A stretch of DNA of 63,270 nt, the filler included, from Basidiobolus meristosporus CBS 931.73 (Eukaryota > Fungi > Basidiobolomycota): assembly GCA_002104905.1 (NCBI GenBank). It is 3 parts of 3 records of this genome, joined end to end, with 100 filler letters (N's around TTAATTAATTAA, not from the genome) between each part and the next. Parts side by side here need not be neighbours in the genome. Positions count along the whole stretch, not along the records: positions 35,710 to 63,270 come from MCFE01000901.1; 2 more parts are not named here. One strand, 5' to 3'. A program made the position numbers and the translations under genes. The notes under the pieces are model-generated. The model was not told the origin of the DNA. It made no database searches and was given only the letters and a program-made list of their open reading frames with translations. Every line of letters begins with the position of its first letter. The first letter of the stretch is position 1. Of this stretch, positions 52,550 to 61,800 are shown in pieces.

Positions 52550-53281
52550 TTAGGAATCTTCTCTTCGGAAAAACCAACTATCCAAGTCATACCCGTCATT
52601 CCCAGCGTTCATATCCACCGTGGCATATAATCGGTAACCAGCACTCCGAAGACCGCTGATAAGTCTCATCAACAACACGCGAATCTGCACAGTGTCGCTG
52701 CCTTGGGCCATCCAGGGATTCCCTAGAAGTTTGAACTCAAAAGCAGTATTGTAGTTTCTTTCGTCCTGTATTTTCCACAACCCTTGGATGATACTTCGCA
52801 CCAACTTGGGAACGTCGGAGGGAGCCTCGATGATTCTCAAGCGATCGGTTTGATTCAGAGAGATGGAGAAGATGGTAGGGTTGCAAACAATACCGGTGAA
52901 TTCGAAGAAAAGAGAATCCTTATCGCAGCTTTTCTTGCTGATATCGATGGAGGTTAGGTGTCTCCACCCATGCTGCTCCATCAGCCGTAAGATTCCCACC
53001 ATTAGAACACGGCTGTACACGGCTTCCTCGCCCTGCCCTAGCCAGGGATTTCCTCGTAATTTGAATTCAGGGTATCCGTGGTAATCGCGCTCGTCCTGTA
53101 TCCCTTGAAACCAGGCCCGCTTAAGCATCTCACGAAACGAATCCCTCAACTGCGGAGGAGTCCCAATGAGCCGAAGCCTATCGTACCTGTTAAGCGAAAT
53201 ACAGCATATATTCGAAGTGACGTCCAAGGTCGATTGATATGATGGAGGTGCTGGAGTTCCGATGTTCGAGTATTTTTCCAT
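52550..53281 (-). CDS. Uncharacterised 243-aa protein with two tandem ~105-aa domains and an N-terminal PPSY motif
   Basis: Intronless ORF. Both halves share ISLN..DRLR.I..P....W.IQDER.Y....EFKL.GNPW..QG...V..R.L...G.R....D......D..FF. Confidence 0.85.
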   Translation of the reverse strand: MEKYSNIGTPAPPSYQSTLDVTSNICCISLNRYDRLRLIGTPPQLRDSFREMLKRAWFQGIQDERDYHGYPEFKLRGNPWLGQGEEAVYSRVLMVGILRLMEQHGWRHLTSIDISKKSCDKDSLFFEFTGIVCNPTIFSISLNQTDRLRIIEAPSDVPKLVRSIIQGLWKIQDERNYNTAFEFKLLGNPWMAQGSDTVQIRVLLMRLISGLRSAGYRLYATVDMNAGNDGYDLDSWFFRREDS

Positions 53282-55867
53282 TGTGGAGGCGGTTTGAAAG
53301 AAAGGGATTGAGTTCTGCAAACTCAGAAATAGTCGAAGAGGGAGTCGACCTGCTTCTCTTGGCACGGGTTGCCTAGAATCGTTGATTGGCTAAGCGTATC
53401 CTGAGAATCGATGATGAGCGGAAGCACGATCTAGTGTTTATTATTGCTTTCCTTGATTGATTGTTCCACACAGCCCTGCCACTTGTATAATGTCGTAACG
53501 TCTTGCCACACCCGTGCTAGTGTTTGGTGAGGATTGGCATCGCTCCGAGCCTCATCCATGGTATGCTCATGACGGCCGAGAAGAGCCTCCTGACTAGCTA
53601 CGGATACAGCGTCTATACTGCCTTGTGAGGTCAGGTAGACAGCGAGTTATCTCGTCAAGGACTGGTCCAATATTTCAAGAGACGCATTATTGGGGAATCT
53701 AGTGTGGCTTCTCTCGGATTGATAGCCCATGTGTAGTACAGGCACCATCATCCCTCAAGACGGATTTCTAATGCAGTGTGGGATGGGCTCAGTAGATGTG
53801 AGGTCGCTGCGGGGATGTTGATTAATCACACCGCAGTAGATGATCAGACGAATGGTGGCGTTTTTTCTGTTCCGCATATTTCGGGTGGGAGTAATGCAGA
53901 AATACTCAGATTTTGTTGAGCCTTTTGTGTCATCGCCGGGGAACATCATAGGAAACAGTCACCGAGAATCTGTATTTCGCTCTTAAGCGGGCCTTCGCTG
54001 TGTTGTCACCAAAAAGCCAAAATCTTCATTTGGAATCATTCCGGCATGTGCATCGTCTCCCACTGTACATCACAGTCGGTGCGACGTGGGGTCTGAATTT
54101 CACTCAGCCGACATCCTCAAAAATGAAATATGGAGTAAAGTATCCATTGTTCAACCTATTGCGGTGCTGCTGTGCCTTATGAGTTTAGCATAGCGATTTG
54201 GCATGTGAATTAGGTTCACTGCAATTTAGTTGAGCCATCGCTATTACCAGTTGATTGCTACCTTTCAACAACAGGCTTAATTTCTCGACACTAGAATGCA
54301 GTGTAATCTAGATAGGGTGAAGATTGGCTGCTTTGTTGTATGACATGAACTCGCCTACAACGTAATACTCCGCCTTAATATGCCCATTCCAAGCATTGAC
54401 CGGTATATGTTTGAATTTGCATGGATTGGCAAGTATCTACTATACATCTGAGCCATATTACTACTGCAGTAACCAGCCGCATTGTTTTCAACGTATTACA
54501 GGATGCCAATGGATAGCAATCACTGGGATCTACCAACTCCTGGGTTTTGTCTAGCAATATGATGGGCTGGTCGCTTGCTTTGAGCGTTAATTGTCGCGTC
54601 AGTATTCTCCATTCTATATCAAGGCCACCCCCAAGAAGTTAAAGCTACGATACTTGGAATCCACTACGGCTTGCGTTAGATGGACGGATTTGTGCTACGC
54701 ATATCCACGGGAATCATCTAAACATTCAACTGTTGCCGCATTGAGTCTTCCGTAAGTTTGGCATTGTTCATTCACGCCAGGGGAATCTTCGATACTGTAG
54801 ATCTCTACCACGGGTTCGGTATTGCCCATTTTGAGAGGACCGCATCACCATACAGAGACAGCAAGAATTATGTTCTGAGGACTCAACTCCCCTGACGTGC
54901 TCAGTGACATTCTTGCTGATACCGGCTGATGGTTTAGGGGATAGTGCTTACATTAGTACAAGTAGCTTTATGCAACGAAAGGATTTAGCTTGCATTGAAT
55001 ACCATCAGGACTGTTGATGGATGAATGGGTCAGGTTTACTTGCTCGATTGTAGCATGGCTGGGGTCGGATACATTTGCATATTCTGGATGTCAAGGCTGC
55101 TGTTGTGGTCGATGCTCACCAATTAAGGCTGAATTTTTACCAACAGGCCGTTGAAGGGGATCATTTTGGTGGAACAACCATTCACAAATTCAAAGCCGAT
55201 GTCTGGAGCGTACCATAACCCGCCACTGTTGACATTCCAGCCAAAGGAGACGCACCTACCTATGTTGTACAACAGTTGGCAGTTTCGTATGTAAAAGCCA
55301 GACTGGGAGATGTTAGGGATTAATTTGGGAGACATATTAGCCTGTACTGTTACGAGCAAGCATGCCGCGGATTTCCAAATGTGTTTATTTCTTATTCTTT
55401 ATCTGCTGTGCATTGTCTGAACTGCCTAATGTATGAATATCTGATTCTGGAACCCATATGGAGTACAGCTTCACGTGCAATTATGGTGCTAAAAGAAATA
55501 TTTGACCTGGCGAGTAAACCACATCACATCTGTTTCTATTGTGTTGATTGAAAACGCCCAATCAAATGTGAGCTGAATGCTGTGCAATCCAAGCTAGATT
55601 CTAGCTTATGCAATTCATAACCCATTGCTGAATAGAGTGGTTGCTCATGACGGTCTTCCCGGCTAAATGCTAATTGGACGAAATGAGATTTGTTTTGCAG
55701 TGATCGATTGATGTATCCATCCATAATATATGTGATAGACGAAAATTAGCAGTATGGCAAGACTTCAGAGTTATTCATTAAGATGATACCACCACCAAAG
55801 GTTCAAATTTACAATCGTTTCTATGAGACCAATTAGCTTTAATATTGATGACATTTGGTAGAACCCA

Positions 55868-58800
55868 CTAATTCCAATCGCAAATAATGGAATTGTCAAA
55901 CGTTTTACAAACAGTGCCAACTGCACAATGGTTCTTGACCAGTCTGCCGTTGTCACAGGTAAAGAATACCGATGATATTCCAGAATCCAAACATGTGTAC
56001 TGACCCGGAGTACATTGTTTCTCGGGACTTGGTTCGGGCTGATTGGATTCTTCAGGAGCATTCACAGTGTGGGTAATTGTTACTGTTTCGGGAATACATG
56101 TTGGCTCATGAGCGGCTTTAGTCCGGCCAGTAAGTATTGTATCCACCGTAGTAACAGTCTCGGTGACGCGTGCTGTCTGTACAATCGTAATGGTGGATTC
56201 AGTACCAGCAGCAGACTCACTACCCTTAATCGTAGCACTAGATTCTGTATTACCCACGCCTGATGGCTTATCAGTAACAATTACGCGCTCAGTGGTTGTA
56301 TGCGCGGTGTCGGTCACGGTTTGGGCAGTTACAGTGGCATCCACATTAACGGTGGGCCTGTCCGTACCTTGGCCCGAGGCCTTCTCAGTATTAATTACAT
56401 GCTTCATAACAGTATGTGCCATGTCTGTCACAGTTGGGAAAGTACGAGTGCTATCCACGTTGATAGTAGGAGTAATAGTGCCCTCAACTGATGACTCATC
56501 AGTGACAGATGCATGATTCAGAACTGTGTGTGCTTTGTCTGTTACAGAGGTGGCAGTAACAGTGGGATCCCTGATAATGGTGGGGGTAACGGTAGCTTCA
56601 ACAGGAGTTTTGTCAGTACCGGTCGCTTTAACAGTCGCGGCTGCAACCGTTTCAGTATTGGCTTTTTCATTTAGTGTAGATCTATCCCTCACGGTTGGCG
56701 TGACAATGATCTCGAGGGATGCTTTGTCGGTAATGAAAACATGTTCGGTCTTTGCACGCACTGTATCCATGACGGTAGACTCGGTCAGAGTGCTACTTTC
56801 TCTAAGGGTTGAAGTGGCAGTAATATTAAGTGATGGCATGACAGTAACAACAACACGTTCAGTCATTGCTCGAACTCTGTCTGTTGCGGTAGGCTCAACA
56901 AGAGTGCTACTCTCCCTGACGGTTGGAGTGAGAGTAACCTGGAGAGATGGCTTGTCAGTAACGTCAACTCTGTCGGTATATGCGTCAGCAGTGTTGGTAA
57001 TGGTAGGCTCAGACAGGGAAACACTATCCCGAACTGTAGGAGTAACATTAACCTCAAACGATGGCTTGACTGACAAAATCACATGGTCGGTCACTGTATG
57101 ACCTGTTTTGACGAGAGTACGCGCAGGCAGAGTTCTACGGTCCGTGATTGTTGGAGTGACGGATACCTCAAGCGATGGCTTGTCAATTACTACCACATGG
57201 TCTGTCACTATAAGAGCAGTCTTGGTGATGGTTGCCTCAACCAGAGTATTACTGTCCTTGAGTATGGGAGTGACAGTGACTTCAAGGGATGGCTTGTCAG
57301 TTACTATTGCTTGGTTGGTGACTGTGCGAGCTGTGTCAGTATTGGTCAGCTCAGTTGATGTACTACTGTCCTTAACCGTAGGAGTGACAGTGACCTCTGG
57401 GGATGGCTTGTCAGTTACTATTACATGATCTGTGACTGCACGAACTGTTTCGGTTATGGTCGGCTCAGTAAGAGTACTACTTTCCTTGATCATAGGGGTG
57501 ACAGTGTCTTCGAGGGATGGCTTGTCAGTAACGATGATATGGTCGGTCACTGCACTAGCTGTGTCGGTGATAGTCTGCTCAGTCACAGTACTACTGTCCT
57601 TGACTGTGGGAGTCAAAGTGACATCGAGGGATGACTTGTAAGTAACGATAGTATGGTCGGCCACTGCACTTGCTGTGTCGGTGATAGTCGGCTCAGTCAG
57701 AGTACTCCTGTCCTTGACAGTAGGAGTGACAGTGACCTCGAGAGATGGCTTGTCCGTAACAATAATATGGTCCTTCACGGTCCTAGCTGTGTCGGTAATA
57801 TTCGGCTCAGTCAGAGTACTACTGTCCATGATTGTAGGTGTGATAGTGACCTTGAGGGATGGCTTGTAAGTAACGATAATATGGTCGGTCACTGCACCAG
57901 CTGTGTCGATAATAGTCGGCTCAATTAGAGTACTACTATCCTTGACTGTAGGTGTTTCAGTGATCTCAAGGGATGGCATGTCAGTTACTACAACATGGTC
58001 GGTGACAGTACTAGCTTTGCCGGTTATGGTCGGCTCAGTTAATGTACTACTGTCCTTGATCATAGGTGTGACAGTGACCTCAAGGGATGGTTTCTCAGTA
58101 ACGATAATATGGTTGGTCACTGCATTAGCTGTGTCGGTGATAGTCGGCTCAGTCAGAGTACTCCTGTCGTTGACTGTAGTTGTGATCGTAACTTCGAGGG
58201 ATGGCTTATCAGTTACTATTACATTGTCGGTGACTGGACGAGCTGTGCCGGTTATGGTCGGCTCAGTTATTGTACTACTGTCCTTGATCGTAGGAGTGAA
58301 AGTGACCTCGAGGGATGCATTGTCAGTAACGGTTATATGGTCGGTCACTGCATTAGCTGTGTCAGTGATAGTCGGCTCAGTTATTGTACTACTGTCCTTG
58401 ATTGTGGGAGTGACAGTGACCTTGAGGGATGGCTTGTCAGTAACGATAATATGGTCGATAACTGCACTAGCTGTTTCGGTGATAGTCGGCTCAGTCACAG
58501 TACTGCTGTCCTTGACGGTAGGTGTGATAGTGACCTCGAGGGATGGCTTGTAAGTAACGATAATATGGTCGGTCACTGCGCTAGCAGTGTCGGTGACAGC
58601 CGGCTCAGTCAGAGTACTACTGTCCTTGACTATAGGAGTGACAGTGATCTCCAGTGATGGCTTGTCAGTTACTATAACATTGTCGGTTACTGCACGAGCT
58701 GTAGCGGTGATAGTCTGCTCAGTCACAGTGCTACTGTACTTGACTGTCGGAGTGATAGTGACATCGAGGGATGGCTGGTCAGTTACTATTATTTGGTCGG

Positions 58801-61800
58801 TCACTGTACGAGCTGTGTCGGTGATAGTCGTTTCAGTCGGAGTACTGCTGTCCCTGATTGTAGGAGTTACTGTGACCTCGAGGGATAGCTCGTCGGTAAC
58901 GATAATATGGTCGGTCACTGCACTAGCTGTGTCGGTGACAGTCGGCTCTGTCAGAGTACTGCTGTCCTTGACTGTAGGTGTGATAGTGATCTCCAGGGAT
59001 GGCTTGTAAGTTACTATCATATGGTCGGTGACTGTACGAGCTGTGTCGGTGATGGTCGGCTCAGTAAGAGTACTACCATCCTCGACTGTAGGTGTGACAG
59101 TGACCTCGAGGGATGGCTTGTCAGTAACGATAATATGGTCGGTAACTGCACTAGCTGTTTCGGTGATAGTCGGCTCAGTCACAGTACTGCTGTCCTTGAC
59201 GGTAGGTGTGATAGTGACCTCAAGGGAGGGCTTATTAGTTACTATTACATTGTCGGTGACTGCACGAGCTGTGTCGGTGGTGATCGGCTCAGTCAGAGTA
59301 CTACTGTCCTTGACAGTAGGAGTGACAGTGATCTCATGTGATGGCTTGTCAGTTACTATCACATGGTCGGTGGCTGCACGAGCTGTAGCGGTGATGGTCG
59401 GCTCAGTCAGAGTATTACTCTCCTTGACTGTCGGAGTGACAGTGACATTGAGGGATGGCTTGTCAGTTACTACTACATGGTCCGTGACTGTACGACCTGT
59501 GTCGGTGATGATTGGCTCAGTCACAGTACTACTGTCCTTGACTGTAGGGGTGATAGTGACCTCGAGGGATGGCTTGTAAGTAACGATAATATGGTCGGTC
59601 ACTGCACTAGCTGTGTCGGAGATAGTCGGCTCTGTCAGAGTACTGCTATCCTTAACAGTAGGTGTGATAGTGACCTTGAGGGATGGCTTGTCAGTAACGA
59701 TAATATGGTCGGTCACTGCACTTGCTGTGTCGGTGATAGTGGGCTCAGTCAGAGTACTACTGTCCTTGATTGTAGGGGTCACAGTGATCTCCAGTGATGG
59801 CTTGTCAGTTACTATCACATGGTCGGTGACTGTACGAGCTGTGTCGGTGGTGGTCGGCTCAGTTAATGTACTACTGTCCTTGACTGTAGGTGTGACAGTG
59901 ACCTCGAGGGATGGCTCATCAGTAACGATAATATGGTCGGTCACTGCACTAGCTGTGTCGGTGATAGTCGGCTCAGTCACTGTACTCCTGTCCTTGACTA
60001 TAGGAGTGACAGTGATCTCCAATGATGGCTTGTCAGTTATTATCACATGGTCGGTGACTGTACTAGCTGTGTCGGTGGTGGTCGGCTCAGTCAATGTACT
60101 ACTGTCCTTGACTGTAGGTGTGACAGTGACCTCGAGGGATGGCTTGTCAGTTATGATTACATGGTCGGTGACTGTACGAGCTGTGTCGGTGGTGGTCGGC
60201 TCAATCAATGTACTACTGTCCTTGACTGTAGGTGGGACAGTGACCTCGAGGGATGGCTTGTCAGTAACGATAATATGGTTGGTCACTGCACTTGCTGTGT
60301 GGGTGATAGTCGGCTCAGTCAGAGTACTCCTGTCCTTGACTATAGGAGTGACAGTGATCTCCAATGATGGCTTGTCAGTTATTATCACATGGTCGGTGAC
60401 TGCACGAGCTGTAGCGGTGATGATCGGCTCAGTCAGAGTATTACTCACCCTTACTGTGGGAGTGACAGTGACCTCGAGGGATGGCTTGTCAGTAACCATT
60501 ATATGGTCGGTTACTGCATCAGCTGTATCGGTGATAGTCGTCTCAGTCACAGTACTACTGTCCTTGACTGTAGGAGTGACAGTGATCTCCAGGGATGGCT
60601 TGTCAGTTACTATCACATGGTCGGTGACTGCACGAGCTGTCGCGGTGATGGTCGGCTCAGTCAGAGTATTGCTCTCCTTTACTGTGGGAGTAACGGTGAC
60701 CTCGAGGGATGGCTTGTCAGTAACGATAATACGGTCGGTAACTGCACTAGCTGTGTCGGTGATAGGCGGCTCAGTTACAGTACTACTGTCCTTTACTGTG
60801 GGAGTGACAGTGACCTCAAGGGATGGCTTGTCGGTAACGATAATATGGTCGGTCACTGCACTAGCTGTGTCGGTGATAGTCGGCTCAGTCAGAGTACTAC
60901 TGTCCTTGACTGTCGGAGTGACAGTGATCTCCAGTGATGGCTTGTCAGTTACTATCATATGGTCGGTGACTGCACGGGCTGTAGCGGTGATAGTCGGCTC
61001 AGTTACAGTACTACTGTCCTTTACTGTGGGAGTGACAGTGACCTCGAGGGATGGCTTGTCGGTAACGATAATATGGTCTGTCACTGCACTAGCTGTGTCA
61101 GTGATAGTCGGCTCAGTTACAGTACTACTGTCCTTGACTGTCGGAGTGACAGTGACCTCGAGGGATGGCTTGTCAGTTGCTATTACGTGGTCGGTGACTG
61201 TCCAAGCTGTGTCGGTGGTGGTCGGCTCAGTTAATGTACTACTGTCCTTGACTGTAGGTGTGACAGTGACCTCGAGGGATGGCTTGTCAGTAACGACAAT
61301 ATGGTCGGTCACTGCACTTGCTGTATCGGTGATTGTCTGCTCAGTTAGAGTACTGCTGTCCTTGACTGTAGGTGTGACAGTGACCTCGAGGGATGGCTTG
61401 TCAGTAACGATAATATGGTTGGTAACTGCACTAGCTGTGTCAGTGATAGTCGACTCAGTCAGAGTACTGCTGTCCTTGACTGTAGGTGTGATAGTGACCT
61501 TCAGGGATGGCTTGTCAGTAACGACAATATGATTGGTCACTGCACTTGCTGTGTCGGTGATAGTCGGCTCAGTTAGAGTACTACTGTCCTTGACTGTAGG
61601 TGTGACAGTGACATCGAGGGATGGCCTGTCAGTAACGATAATATGGTCGGTAACTGCACTTGCTGTGTCGGTGATAGTCGGCTCAGTTACAGTACTACTG
61701 TCCTTGACTGTCGGAGTAACAGTGACCTCGAGGGATGGCTTGTCAGTTACTATTACGTGGTCGGTGACTGTCGAAGCTGTGTCGGTGGTGGTCGGCTCAG

